Of a stretch of 64,000 nt of DNA, positions 19,747 through 29,224 are shown in pieces. The stretch is from Candidatus Multivoradales bacterium. GTDB lineage: Bacteria; Acidobacteriota; Thermoanaerobaculia; Multivoradales; J023. The stretch spans positions 672,001 through 736,000 of the forward strand of contig CBDFLE010000006.1 in assembly GCA_965248925.1 (NCBI GenBank). Reading direction: 5' to 3'. Both the position numbers and the translations under genes were made by a program. Under the pieces are notes generated by a model that saw only the letters and a list, made by a program, of their open reading frames with translations, was not told the origin of the DNA and did no database searches. Numbering within the stretch: the stretch's first letter is position 1; every line of letters starts with the position of its first letter.

Positions 19747-22700
19747 TCATGGTGTCTCCCCGCCACCACTTTGGCCCAGATTATGTCCAGGGCTGGCCCC
19801 TTGCCCTTCTCTGCCGCGCACTGTCTCAAAGATCTCTCGCGCCAGAATAGGCAAGGCTGAACCGCGAAAGTCCCGGTCGGACATGTAGCGGGTGACGATC
19901 TGGTCGTTATCCGCCATGCGCTCAATCATCAACTCTTCGATCAGCTTGCGGATACCCAGCTCAAACTTGTCGAGCGGGTTGGCAAGGGCGGTTTGCACGA
20001 TTCGCTCGCTGTTGCAGGCTTTCTCTTTGATCTGCTGGAAGAAGAGCCGATCCTCTTCGGAGAACTGGGTGCCGAAGCGCTCGTTCAGCACTTCGATGAT
20101 CTCTGACAAGGGCGCCTTCTCCTCGTCGACCGCCCCGGTGCCGACCTCGGTGGGGCTCCTGACGTATTGCGACTCACCTTCTCTGATGTCGATGGCGCCG
20201 GAGAACACCCGTTCGAGGCGGTAGTACTGCAAAGCCACCTCGTCGCCCACCTGGACGATGGAGGCATCGCGATCGAGGGGCAGCTTGGTCAGCAGGAGGC
20301 GGCCGTAGCTGTAGAGCATCTCCAAGTCGGCATCGGCGTAGGGCACGATCTGACTCAGGAAGGCGTAGACCCGCACGTAGCTGGAGAGCTTCTGGCGGAA
20401 ATCCTCGCGCCTCTCCTCATCCTCGATCACCCGGAAACGGTCGATCGCCGGCTGCAGGTGGCTTTCCAGATGGGCATGGTCGGCGCTGTTCTGGCGCTGG
20501 GTGGGTTTGTAGAAGACCTGGGCGAAGGCTTCTACCTCGCTCCAATAGTAGACCTGCATGCCGTCGAGCTGGTGCTTGAGCTGTTCGAGCTTCGCCGGGT
20601 CAGAGGACTCATCCAGCTCGGTCTTGTCGTAGTAGGGCTTGAAGGCGCGGAAGATATTCTCTGCGTCGTTGACGAAGTCGAGCACGAAGGGGGCGTCCTT
20701 GCCCGGGATCTTGCGGTTGAGCCGCGACAGGGTCTGCACCGCCTGCACCCCATCGAGGCGTTTGTCGACGTACATCGCGCAGAGCAGGGGTTGGTCGAAG
20801 CCGGTCTGGTATTTGTTGGCGACCAGCAGAACCTGGTAGTCCATCGAGGCGAAGCGAGCGGCCAGCGCTGCCTCGCCGATCGCTTTGCCGGTGACCAGAT
20901 CGGGGTTCATGCCGGGCTCGGTGTACTCGATCCCCGAGTCGGGGTCTAGTACCGTGCCGCTGAAGGCCACCAGGGGGCGGATGTCGCGGTAGCCGTGCTC
21001 TTCGAGGTAGCGCTCGAAGGCGAGCTTGTAGCGCACCGCGTGCAGCCGCGAGGAGGTCACCACCATCGCTTTGGCCCGGCCACCCAGGCGCGGCAGCACG
21101 CTGCGGCGAAAGTGCTCGACGATGACTTCGGTCTTCTGCTCGATGTTGTGTGGGTGCAGGCTCATGAACTTGGCCAGCGCCCGCGCCGCCTTCTTCTTCG
21201 GCACTTCCGGGTCGTCTTCGGCCGCCTTGAGCAGCCGGTAGAAGACGGTGTAAGTGGTGTAGTTGGCGAGCACGTCGAGGATAAAGCCCTCTTCGATCGC
21301 CTGGCGCATGCTGTAGAGGTGGAAAGCCTCGGGGGTGCCATCGCCCGTCGCGCGACCGAATAGTTCCAGGGTCTTGCCCTTGGGGGTGGCGGTGAAGGCG
21401 AAGAAGCTCAGATTGGGCTGCCGGCCGCGGGAGGCCATAATCTGGTTCAACCGGTCCTCCCAATCGACCGAGCCCTCGGCGTCCTCTTCTCCGCCGGCAC
21501 CGAGAATCTCCTTCAGCTCTCGCGCCGTCTCCCCGGTTTGGCTGGAGTGGGCCTCGTCGACGATCACTGCGTAGCGGCGCTGGGCGATCTCCGCCTCCCA
21601 TTCTCTGGCCCGTGCCAGCTCCGCCGCGTTCGCCGAGCTGGCGCTGCCGGTGGTCGCCACCCGCAGCAGGCCGCGCAGCACCCAGGGGAATTTCTGCAGC
21701 GTGGTGATGACAATCTTGGTGCCATCGATCAACGCCTCGGCGAGCTGTTGGCTATCCCGGTCGATCGCCTTGACCACCCCTTGGGCATACTCGATCTGGT
21801 AGATCGCATCTTGCAGCTGGCGATCGAGCACCCGCCGGTCGGTGATCACCACCACGCAATCGAAGATCTTACGATCGGCGCCATCGTGCAAGCTGGCCAG
21901 GCGGTGCGACAGCCAGGAGATGCTGTTGGTCTTGCCGCTGCCCGCCGAATGCTGAATCAAGTAGTTGTGTCCCGGCCCTTCGTCACGGGCTGCCTCGACG
22001 ATTTTGCGCACCGCGGCAAGCTGGTGGTAGCGGGGGAAGATCAAGGTTTCTTGCTGGATCTGGCGCTGCCCACCGCGGCCGTCGTCGACCTTCTTGTCCT
22101 TGGTTTCGACGTAGAGGAAGTGGCCGAGGAGGTCGAGAAAGCTGTCCCGCTGCAGCACGTCTTGCCACAGGTAGCCGCTGCGATAGCCCGAGGGGTGCTG
22201 CGGGTTGCCGGCGCCGCAGTGGATCTGGCCGGGGTGGCTGCCGCGGTTGAAGGGCAGAAAGTAGGTCTCCTGACCCCGCAGGCGGGTGGTCATGTGGACC
22301 TCGCTGGGATCGACCGCAAAGTGCACCAGCGCCCGCGTCTTGAAGCCGAAGAGGGGCGCCCGCGGGTCGCGATCGGTCTTGTACTGCTGCACCGCATGGC
22401 GCCAGCTCTGGCCGGTGCCGGGATTCTTCAGCTCGCAGGTGGCCACCGGCAGGCCGTTCAGTGCCAACAGCAGGTCGACGGTGTCATGCTTGCCGGGGTG
22501 GCAAGGAACCTGGCGGGTGAGGGTGAGGTAGTTCTTCTCGTAGAGGGCGAGCACCTCGTCATTGAGCCGGTGGGCGGGCCGGAAGGTGGCCATGCGAAAG
22601 GTTTTGCCGTAGAACTTGAAGCCGTGGCGCAGCACATGCAAGGTGCCCTTGAGCTGGAGTTCTTTGACCAGCGCGGTGATCAGCATCTCCTCCAACCCGG

Positions 22701-22890
22701 CGCCGTGCAACTGACGCATGGTGGCCCAGAGCTTGGGCTGAGTGGCTTCCAGGTAGGCCCAGACGTGGGCCGGGAAGAGAGCGCTCCCCACCACCCAATC
22801 GGCGTTCGAACCCCGCCGCCAACCCCCCGCCCCGAGCAGCATCTGCTCGACCTGGCTCTCGAACGCGTGTTCGTCGGTTTGCTGACTCAT
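19747..22890 (-). CDS. hsdR: Type I restriction enzyme R subunit
   Basis: D..LNGLPVATCELK nuclease motif, HSAGSGKT, DEAH, FTATP, TGFDQP, QTLSRLNR. Confidence 0.95.
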   Translation of the reverse strand: MSQQTDEHAFESQVEQMLLGAGGWRRGSNADWVVGSALFPAHVWAYLEATQPKLWATMRQLHGAGLEEMLITALVKELQLKGTLHVLRHGFKFYGKTFRMATFRPAHRLNDEVLALYEKNYLTLTRQVPCHPGKHDTVDLLLALNGLPVATCELKNPGTGQSWRHAVQQYKTDRDPRAPLFGFKTRALVHFAVDPSEVHMTTRLRGQETYFLPFNRGSHPGQIHCGAGNPQHPSGYRSGYLWQDVLQRDSFLDLLGHFLYVETKDKKVDDGRGGQRQIQQETLIFPRYHQLAAVRKIVEAARDEGPGHNYLIQHSAGSGKTNSISWLSHRLASLHDGADRKIFDCVVVITDRRVLDRQLQDAIYQIEYAQGVVKAIDRDSQQLAEALIDGTKIVITTLQKFPWVLRGLLRVATTGSASSANAAELARAREWEAEIAQRRYAVIVDEAHSSQTGETARELKEILGAGGEEDAEGSVDWEDRLNQIMASRGRQPNLSFFAFTATPKGKTLELFGRATGDGTPEAFHLYSMRQAIEEGFILDVLANYTTYTVFYRLLKAAEDDPEVPKKKAARALAKFMSLHPHNIEQKTEVIVEHFRRSVLPRLGGRAKAMVVTSSRLHAVRYKLAFERYLEEHGYRDIRPLVAFSGTVLDPDSGIEYTEPGMNPDLVTGKAIGEAALAARFASMDYQVLLVANKYQTGFDQPLLCAMYVDKRLDGVQAVQTLSRLNRKIPGKDAPFVLDFVNDAENIFRAFKPYYDKTELDESSDPAKLEQLKHQLDGMQVYYWSEVEAFAQVFYKPTQRQNSADHAHLESHLQPAIDRFRVIEDEERREDFRQKLSSYVRVYAFLSQIVPYADADLEMLYSYGRLLLTKLPLDRDASIVQVGDEVALQYYRLERVFSGAIDIREGESQYVRSPTEVGTGAVDEEKAPLSEIIEVLNERFGTQFSEEDRLFFQQIKEKACNSERIVQTALANPLDKFELGIRKLIEELMIERMADNDQIVTRYMSDRDFRGSALPILAREIFETVRGREGQGASPGHNLGQSGGGETP

Positions 22891-24269
22891 GCGACTGCCT
22901 CTCGTACGTCGATCTTGCCGGTCACGGCGGCGGTGATGAGGGCGCTGCGATATTCGCGCAGGCGGTCGATAGCGGTTTCGACCTTGCTGAGGAGAGCATC
23001 GATCTTGGCGGTCTCGCGGTCGAGGTAGTCGGCGATGGCGCGTTGTTCAGCCGCCGGAGGGCACGGTATGGGCCAAGCACGGACGTGACCTTGACCCAAC
23101 TTCACCATGGAGCCGCTGGACCCCCTTGCATCGGCCTCGATCCGGGCTCGCGCATTCGTTGACAGGAGGAAAGAACACATAAATCTCGGCTCGGCAAGGT
23201 CCCGCCTTAACTCCACGCGGTAAAGAAGGTCGGGAATCAAAAGCCTAGGACAGTTCACATCGACAAGCGCAACATCGCCCACTCGGTCAGGGGTGTTCGC
23301 GCGCGAGATCAGCAGGTTGCCAGCGCGAGGAGTCGCCATGCCACTTGCTTCGAACTCATCGTAAAGTGCCTTGTTCTCGGAGGCATGGAAGTGACCATCT
23401 CGCGCCGCACTCAATTTCAGGACGCCCCATTCACCGTGGCCAGCGGGCCAGCTCGCTGCGACGGGGCTCCAGCCTTGATCCAATCGGCGAATTACATTGC
23501 GGAACTGCTTCATCTCCCAATGCTCCGGCACCTCCCCGATCCACTCGACACCAGAGGGTTTGAGCTTGGGGTGGGGGTCGAGGCCGGCCTGGCGGGCGGC
23601 GTCGGGGGGAAGGCCGCGGGTGACGGTGCGGGAGATGAGGGCGGTGCGCTTCTCCTTCATGCGTTCGATCAAGGCGCGTTTCTTCGCTACCAACGTGTCG
23701 ATCTTTGCGGTCTTGTGGTCGAGGAAGTTGGCGATGGCGCGTTGTTCCTTGAACATCGGAAGAACCACAGGCAATCTGGCCACCTTCTCGACTGAAATTC
23801 GACGTAGCGCAGCACCAGCAAGTTGGAGCAAGATGTTCTGCTGCAGCAAGCTGTCGTTGAGCCAGTACTCGAGAAACTGGGAGTCGAGCATTGCTACCCT
23901 GGGAGAAATGATAACAAGCGAACTCGCTACTACGAATTCTACTCCAGTACGGACAACAGCTGTCCTACCTACAGTCCCATCCTTGCTAAATAAAACATCA
24001 CCGTATTTGGGCTGGCAACCGGTGTGCGCAAGATATTCAAAACTCTCCTTCGCGGTCCAAAGACAACTCACCACATCGATGTTTCCATCCGAAATGTCGA
24101 CCGTAGACACAAACGGGTAATCGGCACTTGAGAGATCAGGCGAGATATGTGCGCCGTCGGTCACGCGCATGCTCATTCGTTTCAACCGGTCAACGCTCCA
24201 ACCCTCCGGCAGTTCACCCAACCACTCGATCCCACTCGGCTTGTATTTCGGATAGGGCGAGAGCTTCAC
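22887..24269 (-). CDS. hsdS: Type I restriction enzyme specificity subunit
   Basis: Duplicated PSG.EW.GE.P..W and EQRAIA..LD..TAKID conserved regions flanking two TRDs; ends AAVTGKIDV. Confidence 0.95.
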   Translation of the reverse strand: MKLSPYPKYKPSGIEWLGELPEGWSVDRLKRMSMRVTDGAHISPDLSSADYPFVSTVDISDGNIDVVSCLWTAKESFEYLAHTGCQPKYGDVLFSKDGTVGRTAVVRTGVEFVVASSLVIISPRVAMLDSQFLEYWLNDSLLQQNILLQLAGAALRRISVEKVARLPVVLPMFKEQRAIANFLDHKTAKIDTLVAKKRALIERMKEKRTALISRTVTRGLPPDAARQAGLDPHPKLKPSGVEWIGEVPEHWEMKQFRNVIRRLDQGWSPVAASWPAGHGEWGVLKLSAARDGHFHASENKALYDEFEASGMATPRAGNLLISRANTPDRVGDVALVDVNCPRLLIPDLLYRVELRRDLAEPRFMCSFLLSTNARARIEADARGSSGSMVKLGQGHVRAWPIPCPPAAEQRAIADYLDRETAKIDALLSKVETAIDRLREYRSALITAAVTGKIDVREAVA

Positions 24270-26407
24270 GACGCTGCCTTATCGCTACCGGTCACTTCGG
24301 CAAGCAGCTCGATGATCTCCTTTTCGAGGGTCTTGATGTCGGCCTCGATCACCTCCAGCGGGCGTGGCGGCTCATATTCATAGAAGTGCCGGTTGAGGGG
24401 GATCTCGTAGCCCACCTTGGTCTTGCTCTCGTCGATCCAGGCATCGGCGACGTGGGGGCGGACTTCGCGCTCGAAGTATTCTTCGATGCTCTCTTTGAGG
24501 GGCACGGTCTCGGTGTCGCGCAGGCTCGGGTCGGGCTCGGGGTCGCCGTGCCGGTCGCGGCAGATCTCGGCGGACTCGTCGCGCTTGCCCAGGGCGGCGA
24601 GCACCGCCTTGAGTTCGGGGGCCTTGAGCCGCACCCTGGCGGCTCGGTCGAGATCGCGCAGATCGGTGAGGAAGGCGAGGCGGTCGCGGTAGAGCCGCTC
24701 GCCATACTCCTCGGCGAAGCCCTCCAGCAGCAGGCGGATGGCCTCTTGCCGCTGTTGACCAGCCTCGATCTCCTCCAGCCGGGCCTTCTCGTTCTTCTTC
24801 CTGCTGCTGGCCAGGCGGATGAAAGCGCGCTCATCTTCGAGCAGCGCCAGCCGCTCCGGCGTCGCCTGGAAGCTCAGCCGCAGGGGTCGCTCGACGGTGA
24901 TCTTGTGGAAGCCAAAATCGGTGTTGTCGAAGATCTTGCTCAACACCCGGACCTTCTCCACCGGCTGCCGGGTGATCGCATCCAGCTCGCTGAAGGTGCG
25001 GGTCGCACCGTCCTTGAACTTGCCGAAGAGGCGGGTGATCTCGCCGAGCTGGTCGGGCTCGCTCGCCCGGTCATTCGGGTCGCCGATCTTGTGCCGCTTG
25101 TTGCCCAGGCTCTTGGCCATCTTGACGAACAGCCGCCGGGCGTCGATCAGCTGCACCTTGCCCTTGCGGCGCCGCTGCTTGCGGTTGCTCAGCACCCAGA
25201 TGTAGGTCGAGATGCCGGTGTTGTAGAACAGCTGATCGGGCAGGGCGACGATGGCTTCGAGCCAGTCGTTCTCGAGTATCCACTGGCGGATGTTGCTCTC
25301 GCCGCTGCCGGCGTCGCCGGTGAAGAGAGGCGAGCCGTTGAAAACGATGGCGATGCGACTGCCCCCCTCCTTGGGAGCACGCATCTTGGCCAGCATATGC
25401 TGCAAAAAGAGCAGCGAGCCATCGTTGATGCGCGGCAAGCCGGCGCCGAAGCGACCGCTGTAGCCGAACTCGCCGGCCTCGCGCTGAATGTACTTCTGCT
25501 GCTGCTTCCACTCGACGCCGAAGGGGGGATTGGCCAGCATGTAGTCGAAAGTGTGGCGCTGGCCGCTGGCGTCGCGGTCGAAACCGTCCTTGGTGAAAGT
25601 GTCGCCGAGGACGATGTTGTCGGCGTCCTCTCCCTTGATCAACATGTCGGCCTTGCACACCGCCCAGGACTCGTCGTTCCAATCCTGACCAAAGAGGTGG
25701 GGGTCGGCCTCGGCATTGAGATCGTGGATGTACTGCTCGGCCACCGACAGCATGCCACCGGTGCCGCAAGCCGGGTCGTAGATGGTCTTGACGATGTGGC
25801 TCTGGCGCAGATCCCGCTCGGGAGCGAGCAGCAGATTGACCATCAGCCGGATGACCTCGCGGGGGGTGAAATGCTCCCCCGCTTCCTCGTTCGACTGCTC
25901 GGCGCCGATGCGGATCAGCTCCTCGAAGACGTAGCCCATCTGGGCGTTGTCGACCCGCTCGGGAGATAGGTCTACCACGGCGAACTTCTTGATCACCTCG
26001 TAGAGCAAGTTCTTCTCCGCCAGCCGGGTGATCTGCTGGTCGAAAGCGAAGCGCTCCATGATCTCGCGCACGTTCTTCGAGAAGCCGTTGATGTAGGCGT
26101 TGAGATTGGGTGCCAGCTGGTTCGGATCGTCGAGCAGCTTGGGCAAGTCGAGCTTGGAGAGGTTGTAGAACGGCCGGCCGGTGATCTTCTCCAGCAAGCT
26201 GCGCACCACCGTCTGGGGCTTGGCTTTGATCTTCGAATGCTTGGCCAGCACCCGTGCCTTGGTCGGCGCCAGCAAGCAGTCGAAACGGCGCAGAACGGTC
26301 AGCGGCAAGATGACCTTGCGATACTCGTTGCGTTTGTAGGGTCCGCGCAGCAGATTGCACAGACTCCAGATGAAGTTGGCCAGTTGTGAGTGGGTTTCGG
26401 CGGTCAT
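24266..26407 (-). CDS. hsdM: Type I restriction-modification DNA methyltransferase
   Basis: GEHFTPREV, YDPACGTGGML, NPPF, LFYNTGISTY. Confidence 0.95.
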   Translation of the reverse strand: MTAETHSQLANFIWSLCNLLRGPYKRNEYRKVILPLTVLRRFDCLLAPTKARVLAKHSKIKAKPQTVVRSLLEKITGRPFYNLSKLDLPKLLDDPNQLAPNLNAYINGFSKNVREIMERFAFDQQITRLAEKNLLYEVIKKFAVVDLSPERVDNAQMGYVFEELIRIGAEQSNEEAGEHFTPREVIRLMVNLLLAPERDLRQSHIVKTIYDPACGTGGMLSVAEQYIHDLNAEADPHLFGQDWNDESWAVCKADMLIKGEDADNIVLGDTFTKDGFDRDASGQRHTFDYMLANPPFGVEWKQQQKYIQREAGEFGYSGRFGAGLPRINDGSLLFLQHMLAKMRAPKEGGSRIAIVFNGSPLFTGDAGSGESNIRQWILENDWLEAIVALPDQLFYNTGISTYIWVLSNRKQRRRKGKVQLIDARRLFVKMAKSLGNKRHKIGDPNDRASEPDQLGEITRLFGKFKDGATRTFSELDAITRQPVEKVRVLSKIFDNTDFGFHKITVERPLRLSFQATPERLALLEDERAFIRLASSRKKNEKARLEEIEAGQQRQEAIRLLLEGFAEEYGERLYRDRLAFLTDLRDLDRAARVRLKAPELKAVLAALGKRDESAEICRDRHGDPEPDPSLRDTETVPLKESIEEYFEREVRPHVADAWIDESKTKVGYEIPLNRHFYEYEPPRPLEVIEADIKTLEKEIIELLAEVTGSDKAAS

Positions 26408-26517
26408 GCAAGGTCCTCGATTTATGCGACAAGGGCTAGGAGAGACCGCGGCCACGTCCGGCCATCGGCCGCCGCCTGTCAGGACCGATGGTAGCCTCGA
26501 CTCAAGGAGGAACACCA

Positions 26518-26853
26518 ATGGACGACTCTCACCCGAACCCCCTTCAACCCGATACCGAGTACACGAAAGTATTGGCAATCATCGCCGGACTGATGCTGCT
26601 GATGGCTCTCAGCTTCTCTAGCTTGATTCTGACCGGCGCCGACGAACCTATTTTCTTGCTCATGTTCTGCGCTGCAGTGTTGTGGACTCTTACCGCCGGT
26701 GTGGCGGTACTTTATCGTCTTCGCCGCCTTCGCGGCTGGCGCTTCGCCACCAGCATCGCCAACGTCATGCTGATCTTCCAGTTCCCCCTGGGCATGGGAG
26801 CCGTCGGCTACTGGCTCTTTGTCACCCGTAAAAGAGAGATGGGAAGCGGCTAG
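26518..26853 (+). CDS. Small membrane protein
   Basis: AAGGAGG RBS before ATG 26518; three to four hydrophobic segments. Confidence 0.65.
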   Translation: MDDSHPNPLQPDTEYTKVLAIIAGLMLLMALSFSSLILTGADEPIFLLMFCAAVLWTLTAGVAVLYRLRRLRGWRFATSIANVMLIFQFPLGMGAVGYWLFVTRKREMGSG

Positions 26854-26994
26854 CTCTCATCGATCCAGGTGAGCAGACCTCCACCGCAGCCGGCTCCACA
26901 ACTTCTCGCGCAGGTGGTCTTGCCCACCTGGCGGGCCCCGAGCAGGGCGGTGACCGGGGATTATCGCAGCCGCAACTCGATATCATGGAGCAGG

Positions 26995-27060
26995 GAATCG
27001 CGTGGTATTTGTTGTTTATCCATAGGTATACCAACGAAATACGACAATTATACGCGATTC
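26995..27060. repeat. AT-rich imperfect inverted repeat
   Basis: GAATCGCGT/ACGCGATTC outer arms; GTATTT/AAATAC and GTTG/CAAC inner arms. Confidence 0.6.
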
Positions 27061-27183
27061 TGGGCGGTGTCTAGAGTTCCAACTCCCACAACGCCCGCAG
27101 TGGCACCGCAAGCTGTCGGTCGTCGAAACCACCTTGGGGAGACGCGGCTCAGCAAGACGCAAGCGTGAGACGGGGTCGGACAC

Positions 27184-27289
27184 CGGCCAATCGTCAGTCC
27201 AGAGTCCGGCTGATCGCAAGCCTTCTACTCGGCTGATTGCAAGGTTCAAGGTCGGCTGATTGCAAGTTTCTTTGTCGGCTGATTGAAAC
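27184..27289. repeat. Five-copy direct-repeat array with exact 23-bp period
   Basis: Core CGGCTGATTGCAAG (variants) starting at 27184, 27207, 27230, 27253 and 27276 with different 9-bp spacers; the first copy is the most degenerate. Confidence 0.85.
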
Positions 27290-27311
27290 TCACCCGTGCA
27301 GCACGGATCGG

Positions 27312-28673
27312 CTAGTTCTCGCCACCCGGCAGCAGGACATTCAGCAGCAGATTGAGTCCCACCCCGAGCAGCACCGCCAGCACCACGGTGTTGGTGAGCA
27401 GCAGGCCGAGCACTGGCGGCAGGCCGGCGAGCCACTCGGGGCCGAGGCTCGACTTAACGTAGATCGGCACGGCGATGGCCGCGATCAAGGTGCTGCCGAC
27501 CAACAGCTGATTGGCGGTGGTGGGTGGGGCCGCCGACAGCAGCTTGAGGCCGGAGACGGCGATCATGCCGCACACCACCAGGAAGACGCCGCCGAGCACC
27601 GGTCGCGGCAAAGCCACCAGCAGAGCACCGAATTTGGGGCACAGGCCGTAGAGCACCAGGATGCACGCGGCCACCTGCACCACGAAACGGCTGGCGACCC
27701 GAGTGGTGGCGATGATGCCGATGTTCTGGGTGTAGCTGGTGCAAGGCAGGCCGCCGAGCGCCGCCGCCAACATGCTGCCCAAGCCCTCGGCCAGGATGCC
27801 TCGGTTCATGTGCTTCTCGGTGTAGGGCTCGCCGGCCACTTCGCAGGTGGCGGCATAGTCGCCCAGGGACTCGACCATCGAACCAAAGTAGCCGGCCAAC
27901 ACCGCCAGCACCGCCGCCGTGCTCCACTGCCAACCACTTATCGGTCCACCGAAAGGAAACAGCGAGGGCAGCTCCAGCCACGGTTTCGCCGCCACCAAGG
28001 CCCAATCCACCGCACCCAAAGCCGAGCCAACCCCCAATCCGACGATCCAGATGGCAAAGAAGATAGCGCCGCGAGCCAACAAGCCCCCCAACACTCCCCG
28101 CAGCAGGGTTTGGAAAAGAAAAATCACCCCGATCACCAGCCCCGCCAAGGCGAAGTTGCGCGCCGAGCCATCACCGATCGATAGGCGCACGGCGAGCTGG
28201 CCCAAGGCCAAGCCAATCGACAGGATTACCACTCCCGAGACCGCCGGCGGCAGGAAACGCCGCAGAATTCCCGGCAGGCGGGTGGCGCCGACCAAAGTCT
28301 CGATCATCCCGCCAACCATCACCCCGCCCCACATCGCGCCGGCGCCGAGCTGGCCCGCCACCGGCGCCAAGGTGCCGGTGAGGGTGGCCGACGGCCCTTG
28401 GATGATCGGCAAGCGATTGCCGAAAGTGGTCTGCAACAGGGTGGCCAGGCCCATCGCCACCAAGCCGTAGTTGATCAGCCGCGCTTCGTCGCCAGCCGAC
28501 AAGCCGAGGGCGCCCGCCACCGCCAACGGCAACACGAAGGGAGAAATATCGACCAACGTGTGCTGCCAGCCATAGAGCAGGCACTCCCACCAAGTCGCCG
28601 GCCGCTCATCGATACGGTAGAGCGGGGGACGGGTTGGCTCGGTCGCTGGCGCGGCGGGTTCGGAACTCGGCAT
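27312..28673 (-). CDS. Nucleobase:cation symporter-2 (xanthine/uracil permease)
   Basis: QH motif, GNRLPIIQGPS, ESLGD, TSYTQNIGIIATTRVASR. Confidence 0.93.
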   Translation of the reverse strand: MPSSEPAAPATEPTRPPLYRIDERPATWWECLLYGWQHTLVDISPFVLPLAVAGALGLSAGDEARLINYGLVAMGLATLLQTTFGNRLPIIQGPSATLTGTLAPVAGQLGAGAMWGGVMVGGMIETLVGATRLPGILRRFLPPAVSGVVILSIGLALGQLAVRLSIGDGSARNFALAGLVIGVIFLFQTLLRGVLGGLLARGAIFFAIWIVGLGVGSALGAVDWALVAAKPWLELPSLFPFGGPISGWQWSTAAVLAVLAGYFGSMVESLGDYAATCEVAGEPYTEKHMNRGILAEGLGSMLAAALGGLPCTSYTQNIGIIATTRVASRFVVQVAACILVLYGLCPKFGALLVALPRPVLGGVFLVVCGMIAVSGLKLLSAAPPTTANQLLVGSTLIAAIAVPIYVKSSLGPEWLAGLPPVLGLLLTNTVVLAVLLGVGLNLLLNVLLPGGEN

Positions 28674-28767
28674 GGGCGCTCCTCGGTTTACCTCGGTCGA
28701 TCATCGAATCACGATAGCAGCAGAGCGTTGACCGAGGCGCGAGCCGCTCAGCAACTGCCAACGTGCC

Positions 28768-29055
28768 TCAGAACATGCTGCCTCCAGGCCGTTTGCCGAC
28801 CACCATCACACAGTCCCCGAAGTTGGTGGTGCCCATTTTCTGCGAATCGATACAGCAGTATGTGCCGTTGTGAACATCACCCGGCGAATACCACTCGGCG
28901 CAGATCCGGCTAGCACAATCGAAGACCAACGAGGCGTTGATCCAGGTACCACCGCCACCGCCACCGCTACCGCCGCCCCGTGCGGCCTCGGTGGGCAAAT
29001 CCAGCGCCAGGACGGTCAGCCCGATCAAGGCAACAACCCACAGAATCCTCTTCAT
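28768..29055 (-). CDS. Small secreted Gly-linker, Cys-rich peptide (95 aa)
   Basis: GAGGAGG RBS; MKRILWVVALIGLTVLAL signal; GGGSGGGGGG; five Cys. Confidence 0.75.
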   Translation of the reverse strand: MKRILWVVALIGLTVLALDLPTEAARGGGSGGGGGGTWINASLVFDCASRICAEWYSPGDVHNGTYCCIDSQKMGTTNFGDCVMVVGKRPGGSMF

Positions 29056-29117
29056 CTCGACCTCCTCTGGTCTGCTGTGCACCGCAACCGTGTCGGCGGC
29101 GGTGCTTTCGTTAGATC

Positions 29118-29148
29118 TACGCGTAGATCGTCGGTCATTCGTATCAGG
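29118..29148 (-). promoter_or_regulatory. Candidate ECF promoter (TGATAC ... CGCGTA)
   Basis: Minus strand CCTGATACGAA-N10-TCTACGCGTA; near-identical motif at 32288. Confidence 0.65.
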
Positions 29149-29224
29149 TCGGCGCAGAATCTCTGGCCGACCTGCTTCTGCTAATCTGGCCCCCAAGATC
29201 AAACTAAACCCTGTCGGACAAGCG

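Noticed and set aside
22887-24269. Phase-variable hsdS shufflon
   Set aside because: Single hsdS, no recombinase, no inverted silent TRDs or simple sequence repeats seen
21538-25969. Long plus-strand ORFs (496 and 613 aa) opposite hsdR/hsdM, and similar antisense ORFs elsewhere (e.g. 10978..12405, 55899..60731)
   Set aside because: Shadow ORFs expected from GC-rich codon bias; no motifs
27184-27289. CRISPR array
   Set aside because: 14-bp cores and 9-bp spacers are far too short and no cas genes are present; kept as an unexplained repeat
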